Shown: piece by piece, positions 35,255-55,224 of the stretch
Layout of the letters: every line of letters starts with the position of its first letter
Numbering within the stretch: the first letter of the stretch is position 1
Assembly (NCBI GenBank): GCA_002269645.1
Contig: NIVC01002897.1
Location: 1-64,000, forward strand
DNA: 64,000 bases
Origin: Macrostomum lignano
Taxonomy: Eukaryota
Direction of reading: 5' to 3'
Program-made: the position numbers and the translations under genes
The notes under the pieces: model-generated
What the model was told of the DNA's origin: nothing
Seen by the model: the letters and a program-made list of their open reading frames with translations, nothing else
The model's database searches: none

Positions 35255-36836
35255 TTGTTGTTGTTGTTGTTGTTGTTAGTGCTGAGACGTTTTCCACCTA
35301 GCCCGGTACCAGCCCCAGTACATGTACGCCAGGGCTGCATCCGGATCTTCATTTAGCCAGCTCAATTCGGACGCTCCGTACTGCCGGCGCGTTCTCTCCG
35401 TGGCCGGGCAGGAGCAGATCACGTGTTCAACCGTGTCGGCCTCCTCTCCACAGGCCGGGCAGGTGTCTTTATCGGTCTCCCGATCCTATGGCGATAAGCC
35501 TCCAGCTCCAGCGAATGTCCGGTGCGGAGCCTCCGGAAGCTGACACCTTCCGCCCCGACATTGAGTCCTGGGGTGCCTCGCCATGCCACTTCTCCCGCAC
35601 GTGCGGATCGTGCGCTCGTGCCTCCAGCGTTATAGTAGTCGCGCTCCTCCTCCCTCGCGTGGGCATACAGCCTCCTCCTGACACTGGCCAGCACACCGGC
35701 GCCCTCCTGGGCAAAGGCGGCAGCCGCGCCCGCAGCCTCGTCCGCTGCCTCGTTGCCAGTCAGGCCGCAGTGCACGGGGACGCAGCACAAGGTCACCTTC
35801 CTACTCTGGGCACATATGTCTTCCAAGAGCTGCTGTGCCCTAAGCGCCAGCGGGTTGCGGCCTGTGCCCTTGATGGCCATGAGCCCACTCTGGCTGTCCG
35901 ACACCAAAAGAGCCGATCTCTTCACTGATCATGGGCCTGTAGCCACTCCAGCCCGCGGGTAATCGCCTTGAGCTCCGCTTGCAGCGAAGAGGCCGGCAAG
36001 CCAGCCGGTTCCTTGATGATGATGGGGGCCGCTCTCTGCTCCCGCGGCTCATCTGTCTTCCAGATCACCACTCCGCTGCCTCCTCCCAGCTCCTGCACCG
36101 ATCCGTCAGAGTAGATGGTGACGTCAGGCTTTTGACACGCCTCACTTTTGCGTTCCCCGGCAAGCTGCAGATTCTCCGCATCGCTGGATTTCCTGGTGTC
36201 CGCCTCGCACACCATGATCTTGGCCTTGGCTCGCCAGTCGCTCCAGGGCGCTCTGCTACTGGCGTCGGGAATGCGGCTGATCGTGTCTAAACTGGCGGCC
36301 GCTAGGAAAGCTCCGGCCTTCGCGCGCCATCCCTTCCGAGCCAGGCACTCATTTTAGCGCCGCAGGCACTCATTTTAGCGCCGCAGGCACTCATTTTAGC
36401 GCTGCAGGCACTCATTTTACCACCGCAGGCACTCATTTTAGCGCCGCAGGTACTCATTTTAGCGCCGCAGGTACTCATTTTAGCGCCGCAGGTACTCATT
36501 TTAGCGCCGCAGGTACTCATTTTAGCGCCGCAGGCACTCATTTTAACGCCGCAGGCACTCATTTTAGCGCCGCAGGCACTCATTTTAACGCCGCAGGCAC
36601 TCATTTTAGCGCCGCAGGTACTCATTTTAGCGCCGCAGGCACTCATTTTAGCGCCGCAGGCACTCATTTTAGCGCCGCAGGCACTCATTTTAGCGCCGCA
36701 GGCACTCATTTTAGAGTCTCTGCCTTGGTGCTTCTTCCGCCAACAGCCTCCTGGGGGAGCCGGCGGGAAGCCCGAGCCATCGATCAAGGCGGGCCCCCCA
36801 GTTAGCCCCACACAGGCCACGGAGGTCGACAAGCCC
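35255..36836 (-). mobile_element. 5'-truncated non-LTR retrotransposon (RNase H-containing, I-group-like) with 10-bp TSD
   Basis: RNase H motifs IYSDGS, QAELKAI, VSDSQS, HCGLTGNEAAD; RLRTGH; CPAC-x8-H-x4-C knuckle. TAA stop at 35278-35276 is followed directly by a (CAA)n tail. Perfect TSD GCTGGCGCTG at 35245-35254 and 36837-36846. Several -1 frameshifts and one 0.37-kb minisatellite insertion. Confidence 0.92.
36342..36714. repeat. 21-bp minisatellite (CAGGCACTCATTTTAGCGCCG)n inserted inside the LINE
   Basis: About 18 units; reverse complement of the 37102-37548 array. Confidence 0.95.
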
Positions 36837-36928
36837 GCTGGCGCTGCAATTAAAAATCACTAAAATGCCGTCAGATAAAAAATTAAAGAGACAGCGCCAA
36901 GAGGAACTGAAGGAGGCAGCCAAGAGAT

Positions 36929-37698
36929 AAGTGGCGTAGGCAAGGGGGATAAGGGGATGTATCCCCTGTGGGGTTTTGGGGGTCTGGTGTGGGAGTGAAA
37001 TGAAAATGAAAAAAATTAGCAGGTAAAAAAGAGAAACAAAGTTAACAAATGGTCTAATCCAAAAGATACTGATCTAAAAGAATAGCTATATAATATAGGA
37101 CGGCGCTAAAATGAGTGCCTGCGGCGCTAAAATGAGTACCTGCGGCGCTAAAATGAGTGCCTGCGGCGCTAAAATGAATGCCTGCGGCGCTAAAATGAGT
37201 GCCTGCGGCGCTAAAATGAGTACCTGCGGCGCTAAAATGATTACCTGGGGCGCTAAAATGAGTGCCTGCGGCGCTAAAATGAGTGCCTGCGGCGCTAAAA
37301 TGAGTGCCTGCGGCGCTAAAATGAGTGTCTGCGGCGCTAAAATGAGTGTCTGCGGCGCTAAAATGAATGCCCGCAGCGCTAAAATGAGTGCCCGCAGCGC
37401 TAAAATGAGTGTCTGCGGCGCTAAAATGAATGCCCGCAGCGCTAAAATGAGTGCCTGCGGCGCTAAAATGAGTGCCTGCGGCGCTAAAATGAATGCCCGC
37501 AGCGCTAAAATGAGTGCCTGCGGCGCTAAAATGAATGCCTGCGGCGCCAAAAAACTTTGTAGTACTCATACTTGTAGAACTATTAGGCAGGACAGTGGAT
37601 GGTACTTGTAATTTTTATTGAAGTTACCTTACGCAATACTAATAAGCAGTAGTCTCACCAGTTGTATACCCCCGTGAAAAGTTCTGACTACGCTTCTG
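36929..37698. mobile_element. Degenerate hAT-type MITE (CAGTGGCGTAG-like TIRs) containing a 21-bp array
   Basis: Left AAGTGGCGTAG..GGGGATGTATCCCC, right GTATACCCC..CTACGCTTCTG. Flanks CAAGAGAT / CAGGGTAT match at 5/8. Internal array (GCGGCGCTAAAATGAGTGCCT)n at 37102-37548. Confidence 0.5.
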
Positions 37699-39032
37699 CA
37701 GGGTATCCAGAAAATGAACTGATTGGTCTTTCCCTTTGCAATTTTCATTCATTCGGGATATTTACTAAATAAATTGATAGTGCAGTACAGTTGCTCAATG
37801 TTTGAATCAGTTGAAAATTCGAGAATTTTCAGACTTTTGGCCACTTTCAACACGGAATTGAATATTGGCCTTGAGGTTGGCTCATGTTCTTGAATTCCGT
37901 GTGCCTGCGTTGCTTTGCTCCGTTCCGCCGCAACACAGGCCAAGACAGAACCCAAGACAGAATTGATTTAATTACATTAGGTACCAGTCCCATAAAGCAT
38001 TTCACACTGTACCAAAAAGCTCCTCACAATTAGGATAATCTACTGGTACACAAATGTGCATGAAATCACAATGTAAACAAAAATTTGACATGACACAAAG
38101 TTTGATAAAATGAAAAAATAGAATATCAAGATATTATTTTTGCTATTAAATTTATTATTATTAGTTCTTCCGCAATTTTCAGTTTCCGGGGCAACAGCAA
38201 ACAAAGCAAACAAAAATTATAAAGAAGCATTGCTCGACAGTTATAAACCTGATTAAGCGGCCATTGAACAAGAAAAGGATATTTTGTGTTGACGATCGCA
38301 GTCTCGAGACCGCACTACTGGCAGTAGGACGACGTATATTTAACGCGTAAAAGTTATGAGAACTTATTGAATGCCCTTCAAAAAATAATTTAGTAAGAGT
38401 TCTTCAAAGCCACTGTTTTTTGAGAATAAAAGTTTTGAATTTTTTCTCTTTTGGGACTTTCCAAACGCTAGAAGACCTAGCTTGTATATAGATTGCACAA
38501 ACACACAAGCAAAGCTAATATAATGTTGAAGAGCAAACAAATAAAACTGTCAACATAACCATGTCGCAAGATTTATTAATTGATTGCACGATAACAAATC
38601 AGCTGTATTGATTCTGTCAATAGATCTAAAGTATATTATGAAAGAATGGGAGAGATTCACTAAACAAAAAAACAGGATAATTTTGTGTGTGCTCTTTTGA
38701 AAGATTTATTAAAAATACGCCTGCAAAAACACGGATGAACAAGAAAAGCCGTAGATTTCAGAAAGCTTTTATTACTAAACAAATTAAATAATAACTGAAA
38801 AAATAGCTATAATATGTGACGAGTAAAGATACCAGTAAATTTTGCGCGGAAAAACAGCTGGTCCACAAGTGCACTGTAGTAAAACAAAAAGTTATTAAAA
38901 AAATTTATCTAACCAAAAAAATTTAAACTACAAACTAACAAAAGATTTGAATAAACTGTAGGCCTGAATATTGCACAAACTTCTATCACACTTTTCGCTT
39001 GAAACCTATTTGAGTCCGGAAACTTGTGTCCA

Positions 39033-39535
39033 GGGACAGAGTGAAAAGGGAGTGACGGGGGGGACAGAGCGACAAGGGAGTGACGCGGGGACAGAGTGAC
39101 AAGGGAGTGACGCGGGGACAGAGTGACAAGGGAGTGACGCGGGGACAGAGTGACAAGGGAGTGACGCGGGGACAGAGTGACAAGGGAGTGACGCGGGGAC
39201 AGAGTGACAAGGGAGTGATACGGGGACAGAGTGACAAGGGAGTGACGCGGGGACAGAGTGACAAGGGAGTGATACGGGGACAGAGTGACAAGGGAGTGAC
39301 GTGGGGACAGAGTGACAAGGGAGTGACGTGGGGACAGAGTGACAAGGGAGTGACGGGGACAGAGTGACAAGGGAGTGACGGGGACAGAGTGACAAGGGAG
39401 TGACGGGGACAGAATGACAAGGGAGTGAGGAGGACAGAGTGACAAGGGAGTGACGGGGACAGAGTGACAAGGGAGTGAGGAGGACAGAGTGACAAGGGAG
39501 TGACGCGGAGACAGAGTGACAAGGGAGTGACGGAA
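39033..39535. repeat. 26-bp minisatellite (GGGGACAGAGTGACAAGGGAGTGACG)n, block 1
   Basis: About 19 units. Confidence 0.95.
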
Positions 39536-40274
39536 ACGGAGTGATAATAGAGTGGCGGGGGCAGATTGGAAGTGGGTTAAAATGATCGTAAACAACTGTG
39601 GTGCAACACTTTGACAACCTCCAAAGTCTCAGAATAAGTTTAACTTTTTGGAACAAACGTTGCTTAGTTGTAAAAATATTTTTTTAAACGGTATAACAAA
39701 CTTGAAGCTGGCAGCTGTGAAAGAATAGAAAAATTTTGGAACTTCAGATAACTATATAATAAATAGTATATGTTACTCAAGGATAATAATAACTAAAAGG
39801 TTGCATTGTTTCTCAGAAGTTGAAAATAAAAGCGAAAACAGATATAAAGGCAAATAAGGCAGTAGTACTATTAGTAATAGAAAAGCGTACAAGCTTCGCT
39901 TTGCCATATTATTAATGGAATAATTTCCTTGTCCACGATGACGAGATTTTACACTTCAGACGCTAAACTGCCTACTGATAATGAAACATTAGTAGCATCA
40001 GTGGGACAGCTTGATAGAATATTTCGACAGCAGGGCAGAAGTTAATCAAACGATAAAAATCTATTAATAAAGGCCGTTTACAACAATAAACCAGCTGATA
40101 ACAAAAAAAATGAAATCAGGATTAGCGGCAGATCGATAAGCTGGGTTAGCCGGCAGCATGGGACAACTTAAGTAGATTAGGATGTGAAAATGTTGTTTAA
40201 TAAAATTTGAAGGCTGGTTTTAGGCTCTAAACGGTGGTTTGCGTTCTGATTATACTTAAATGGTTCCTTGTAAT

Positions 40275-41258
40275 GGAGTGACGCGGGGACAGAGTGACAA
40301 GGGAGTGACGTGGGGACAGAGTGACAAGGGAGTGACGCGGGGACAGAGTGACAAGGGAGTGACGTGGGGACAGAGTGACAAGGGAGTGACGCGGGGACAG
40401 AGTGACAAGGGAGTGACGCGGGGACAGAGTGACAAGGGAGTGACGTGGGGACAGAGTGACAAGGGAGTGACGCGGGGACAGAGTGACAAGGGAGTGACGT
40501 GGGGACAGAGTGACAAGGGAGTGACGTGGGGACAGAGTGAAAAGGGAGTGACGTGGGGACAGAGTGACAAGGGAGTGACGCGGGGACAGAGTGACAAGGG
40601 AGTGACGCGGGGACAGAGTGACAAGGGAGTGACGCGGGACAGAGTGACAAGGGAGTGACGCGGGACAGAGTGACAAGGGAGTGACGCGGGGACAGAGTGA
40701 CAAGGGAGTGACGTGGGGACAGAGTGACAAGGGAGTGACGCGGGGACAGAGTGACAAGGGAGTGACGTGGGGACAGAGTGACAAGGGAGTGACGCGGGGA
40801 CAGAGTGACAAGGGAGTGACGCGGGGACAGAGTGACAAGGGAGTGACGTGGGGACAGAGTGACAAGGGAGTGACGCGGGACAGAGTGACAAGGGAGTGAC
40901 GTGGGGACAGAGTGACAAGGGAGTGACGTGGGGACAGAGTGAAAAGGGAGTGACGTGGGGACAGAGTGACAAGGGAGTGACGTGGGGACAGAGTGACAAG
41001 GGAGTGACGCGGGGACAGAGTGACAAGGGAGTGACGCGGGGACAGAGTGACAAGGGAGTGACGCGGGGACAGAGTGACAAGGGAGTGACGCGGGGACAGA
41101 GTGACAAGGGAGTGACGCGGGGACAGAGTGACAAGGGAGTGACGGGAAACAGAGTGACAAGGGAGTGACGCGGGGACAGAGTGACAAGGGAGTGACGCGG
41201 GGACAGAGTGACAAGGGAGTGACGGGAAACAGAGTGACAAGGGAGTGACGCGGGGACA
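40275..41258. repeat. 26-bp minisatellite, block 2 (same unit and orientation as block 1)
   Basis: About 38 units, ending ~200 nt from the ERK stop. Confidence 0.95.
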
Positions 41259-41460
41259 GCTTAAAAAGAGATTTTGTTTTTTAGAAAACATTTGAAGGCC
41301 GGTTTTAAGCTTTTAAGGATGGTTTCTGTTCTGATCTCACTCAAGTCGTCCCTAAATCTTCAGTTGAGGCAGAAAAATAAACAAACAAAGCAAAATAAAA
41401 AGACAGAAAGCGACACCGTTTATGCAATTGTAAATATGAGCGGTCTGGTATTGTTGCGCA

Positions 41461-50477
<9,017 letters not shown>

Positions 50478-51614
50478 TTTTATTGAATAATAATTTATAA
50501 GGACGCTTTAACAAATAGATGACTTACTGCACATAGACGGCAGATAACTATTTAAAGGTCAAGTTACAGACCGACGCAATCACCCTAATTTCTTAGAAAA
50601 TACATAAACTTGAACGACTAGTTGTTTGTTAATCTGATTGCATATGTTCTGGATAGCGATATCCACTGAATAAAATGTAAAAAAAGAATATTTAAATATA
50701 TTTAGTTATTTTATACTAAAATACTGCAAATAAATTAATCAACTGTCTCTATAGTGTAACCTTTTAAATTTTTATTTTCGTGCTCGAAAAAATAAGTTTC
50801 TTTGAAATACAGGTATCTAAAACTGCACTAGCTATCATTATTTTCATGATCATTAAGGAAATATAAACCTCTTAGACTTCTTAAATTTCTTTCGTTACGA
50901 CTGCGATACATGTTTCTATTTCAGTTTTATGATTCGCTTCTTACCTATGGCTATGTTTTGGGATGAAATGTGGAATACTATATATAGTATGGTCGATATC
51001 GATCTATCCAGCATATTTCCATTTATCATTATAGATTATTCCATTTATAATTATAATTCTTTCCATTTATAATATAATTATAGATTTTAAGTCTCCAGTA
51101 TAGTATTGCTTTGCATAAATTTTTGACAATCAGTGTTTTATTTTAGCTTCTTATGATAGGCTTAAGAAAGGAATGAAACATTCTATGTCATTTTAATGGT
51201 AATGCTCGAGAGAGGTGCTATTTTCTATTGCTACTGTTGTTACTATAGTTAAGTTCAATGATTTAAATTAAGGGAACTATATTCATGATTTTTTATGAGG
51301 ATGTAGTATACTATCGATTAAAAACCCAATAAGTAAGTCAAGTTTTTCATTTTAAGAGATTGATAACATAGTATGTGACAATATTAAAACTTATAGAAAG
51401 TTTTTTCAATATTTTTTTCAAATAATGTTACTATTACCAAACAGTTTTTTAAATATTCAATAAAACAAATTTATTTACAAAAAATGTTCAAGTTAATACT
51501 TTTGGTATTTTTGTTTTAGATTATTGTATTAATCTTTTTTAATAATTATTTTTGAAATATTTAGAATTTGAATTAAAACTTTTCAAATTGAAACATTGCA
51601 TGCACCCAATCAGC
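50478..51614. promoter_or_regulatory. Candidate bidirectional promoter between divergent ERK and SLC25A3
   Basis: Start codons face away from each other ~1.1 kb apart; the spacer is very AT-rich and free of tandem arrays. Confidence 0.55.
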
Positions 51615-53754
51615 ATGTTCCGCAAGCCTCAACCAGCTGCTAGCTCTGCCCAGAGTGCCAGCTCAAAGCCTACTACTGGATCCATTGCATCTCCCCAGCA
51701 GCAGCAATATAGCTGCGAATTTGGCTCTACCAAATACTATGCCTACTGTGGTTTTGGTGGCATTGTCAGCTGCGGTCTGACCCACACTGCTGTTGTGCCA
51801 CTTGACCTGGTCAAGTGCCGCATGCAGGTTGACCCTGTCAAGTATCCGGGCATTATTCCTGGCTTCAAGGTGACACTGGCTGAGGATGGCATGCGAGGCT
51901 TGGCTAAAGGTTGGGCACCAACTTTTATTGGCTACTCGATGCAGGTAAGCATTCTGTTGGTTTCTTGTTTGGTTGTGGCATGGAATAATTTGACTTTCAG
52001 CACTGCTTAAATCTAGCACCTATTTGATGCAGTACTACTAAATGCAGCACCTCCTAGGTCTAGCAATCCTAGATCTAGCACCCATAGATCTAGCACCCAT
52101 AGATCCAGCACCCATAGATCTAGCACTCATAGATCTAGCACTCATAGATCTAGCACTCATAGATCTAGCACCCATAGATCTAGCACCCATAGATAAAACA
52201 TCCCTAGTTTTAGCACCCCATAGATCTATGCACTTATCTCTATACTTGAAATTTCCCATATTTTCCCAACCTAAATCATCTATCAATCTACATGCACACG
52301 CAACGCTATTACCAATAAATCAGGGCCTCGGGAAATTCGGTTTCTATGAAATCTTCAAAAATGTGTACACCAACCTGATGGGCCCGGAGAATGCCTTCCT
52401 CTATCGAACTTCACTGTACTTGGCCGCCAGCGCCAGCGCCGAGTTCTTCGCCGACATGCTCCTGGCCCCGATGGAAGCCACCAAAGTGCGCATTCAAACC
52501 AAAGCCGGATTTGCTAACAATCTACGCGAAGCCTTCCCCAAGATGCTGGCAGCCGAAGGCGCCATGACATTCTACAAAGGCCTACCGCCTCTATGGGGCC
52601 GCCAGATTCCCTACACTATGATGAAGTTTGCCTGCTTCGAGCGCACAGTGGAAGCACTGTACAAATACGTGGTGCCCAAGCCGAGAGAGCAGTGCAATAA
52701 AGCTGAACAGCTCACTGTAACATTTGTAGCTGGTTACATTGCCGGCGTGTTTTGCGCTATCGTGTCCCACCCGGCTGATACTATGGTGTCCAAGCTCAAT
52801 CAGATGCCGGACGCTGGACTGGTTGGTGTGGCTAAGGCTCTCGGATGGAAAGGTGATGAGTTTCTCTGTTGTTAGCGGGAATTTTCGCAAGTTCGCAAAT
52901 CCCATTGGAATACCGGATTCTCTAAAGGCGCCAGATCTTCTAGGGGCGCCAGATCCTCTAAGAGCGCCAGATCCTCTAGTGGCGCCAGATCCTCTAAAGG
53001 CGCCAGATCCTCTAGGGGTGCTAGATCCTCTAGGGATTCCAGATCCTCTAGTGGGGCCAGATCGTCTAGGGGTGCTAGATCCTCTAGGGGTGCTAGATCC
53101 TCTAGGGGTGCTAGATCCTCTAGGGGTGCTAGATCCTCTAGGGGTGCTAGATCCTCTAGGGGTGCTAGATCCTCTAGGGGTGCTAGATCCTCTAGGGGTG
53201 CTAGATCCTCTAGGGGTGCTAGATCCTCTAGGGATGCCAGATCCCCTAGTGGGGCCAGATCCTCTAGGGGTGCTAGATCCTCTAGGGGTGCTAGATCCTC
53301 TAGGGGTGCTAGATCCTCTAGGGGTGCTAGATCCTCTAGGGGTGCTAGATCCTCTAGGGATGCCAGATCCTCTAGGGGCGCCAGATCCTCTAAGGGCGCC
53401 AGATCCTCTAGGGGCGCCAGATCCTCTAGGGGCGCCAGATCCTCTGGGAGCGCCAGATCCTCTGGGAGCGCCAGATCCTCTGGGAGCGCCAGATCAGGGG
53501 TCGGCGTCATTAATGAGCATAGCTGCATGACTGTAATTAACCCAGCTGTCAACTCACTCCATAATCCCTTCCTCTCACCCCACACAGCCATGTGGAAGGG
53601 CCTGGGCGCTCGCATCATCATGATAGGCACCTTGACGGCTCTGCAGTGGTTCATCTACGACACTGTGAAGGTGGTACTGCAGATGCCGCGACCCCCGCCG
53701 CCAAGCATGCCGGAGAGTCTGCGTAAGAAGCTGGAAGCCAAGCAGAGCGCTTGA
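51615..53754 (+). CDS. SLC25A3: Mitochondrial phosphate carrier (SLC25A3/PiC), 3 exons, ~341 aa
   Basis: Exons 51615-51944 (SCGLTHTAVVPLDLVKCRMQVDP..KGWAPTFIGYSMQ), 52324-52852 (GLGKFGFYE..PMEATKVRIQT..GRQIPYTMMKFACFE..SHPADTMVSKLN) and 53588-53754 (WKGLGARIIMIGTLTALQWFIYD). Phases 0 and 1 match. An in-frame alternative ATG lies at 51600. AATAAA at ~53887. Confidence 0.96.
52071..52222. repeat. 15-bp minisatellite (GATCTAGCACCCATA)n, SLC25A3 intron 1
   Basis: About 9 units. Confidence 0.9.
52921..53495. repeat. 18-bp minisatellite (GATCCTCTAGGGGTGCTA)n, SLC25A3 intron 2
   Basis: About 31 units. Confidence 0.95.
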
Positions 53755-53994
53755 ACTTTTTTATTATTGATGATAAACGACGAACAAAACTTACTGATGG
53801 ATTTATTGAAACTTATTAATATTTTAGGATTATAATCATCAGAACCTGCTATTAGTAGTATAAAAATGAACCTGTAGTTTTTTTAAAATAAATGTGTTTT
53901 AGTTACATGCGCTTTGTTGTGTGCTAGCGTGCATGTTGGTCTGTCCCAGATTATACTGCATAGAGCTTTATAGAAGTACACTGGCGACTGAAAG

Positions 53995-54710
53995 TGTGCC
54001 TGAAGAACCATAGAGGGTAGCTGAAGGTGAGTGCCTGAAGGACCATAGAGGATAGCTGAAGGTGAGTGCCTGAAGGACCATAGAAGGTAGCTGAAGGTGA
54101 GTGCCTGAAGGACCATAGAAGGTAGCTGAAGGTGAGTGCCTGAAGGACCATAGAGGATAGCTGAAGGTGAGTGCCTGAAGGACCACAGAAGGTAGCTGAA
54201 GGTGAGTGCCTGAAGGACCATAGAAGGTAGCTGAAGGTGAGTGCCTGAAGGACCATAGAAGGTAGCTGAAGGTGAGTGCCTGAAGGACCATAGAAGGTAG
54301 CTGAAGGTGAGTGCCTGAAGGACCATAGAGGGTAGCTGAAGGTGAGTGCCTGAAGGACCATAGAGGGTAGCTGAAGGTGAGTGCCTGAAGGACCATAGAA
54401 GGTAGCTGAAGGTGAGTGCCTGAAGGACCACAGAAGGTAGCTGAAGGTGAGTGCCTGAAGGACCATAGAAGGTAGCTGAAGGTGAGTGCCTGAAGGACCA
54501 TAGAAGGTAGCTGAAGGTGAGTGCCTGAAGGACCATAGAAGGTAGCTGAAGGTGAGTGCCTGAAGGACCATAGAAGGTAGCTGAAGGTGAGTGCCTGAAG
54601 GACCATAGAAGGTAGCTGAAGGTGAGTGCCTGAAGGACCATAGAAGGTAGCTGAAGGTGAGTGCCTGAAGGACCACGGTTCCCTATGGTACCACAGAAGG
54701 TAGCTGAATG
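53995..54710. repeat. 35-bp minisatellite (GAAGGTAGCTGAAGGTGAGTGCCTGAAGGACCATA)n
   Basis: 19 copies of GGTGAGTGCC at a 35-bp period from ~54026 to ~54656. Confidence 0.95.
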
Positions 54711-55224
54711 AGTTTTAGGAAAGTTACCTGAAGTGAATTTATGACCCCTGTATCTTAAATCCGCTATTGAACCTATTTAACAAATCAAACTTCAGACTAA
54801 CACGACAAAATAGCAAAATTTGTTTTATTTAGCAACTCATCAGAATTCTGAATAATATTTTGAATTTCAGAAAACCTCCATTCGTTTCTTATAAACTTTC
54901 AAGTATTTCGTTTTTTAGACATTTTTATGACAAAACAGCTTTTGCTTACTTTTCATCTACAATTTTTTGAGTTTATTTTTCGATGAAAAAAGTGTGCATG
55001 TCTAATTAACTTTTAGTTAAGTTTCTGACTTGCCATTTTAGATTTTAAGTTTATATTTTTTAGTCAGTTCGTGTTCTTTTCATTCAGAAATATATATGAA
55101 ATTGACATGCAAATAAAAAACTGAAGAAAGTCTCACTTTTAGTTTTAGCGAGTTGCCGTTTAGATATCAATATAGATCTTTGTTGGTTTTTTCAACTTGT
55201 AATTATTGACTTCAACAGGTACTC

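Noticed and set aside
37749-37955. ORF with VAAERS resembling the hAT dimerisation motif
   Set aside because: Only a few residues match and no frame gives the following FS..L..K..LRS pattern.
40205-41350. Diverged ~65-bp direct repeats either side of the 26-bp array
   Set aside because: Low identity, no TG..CA ends or TSD; probably an old local duplication rather than LTRs.
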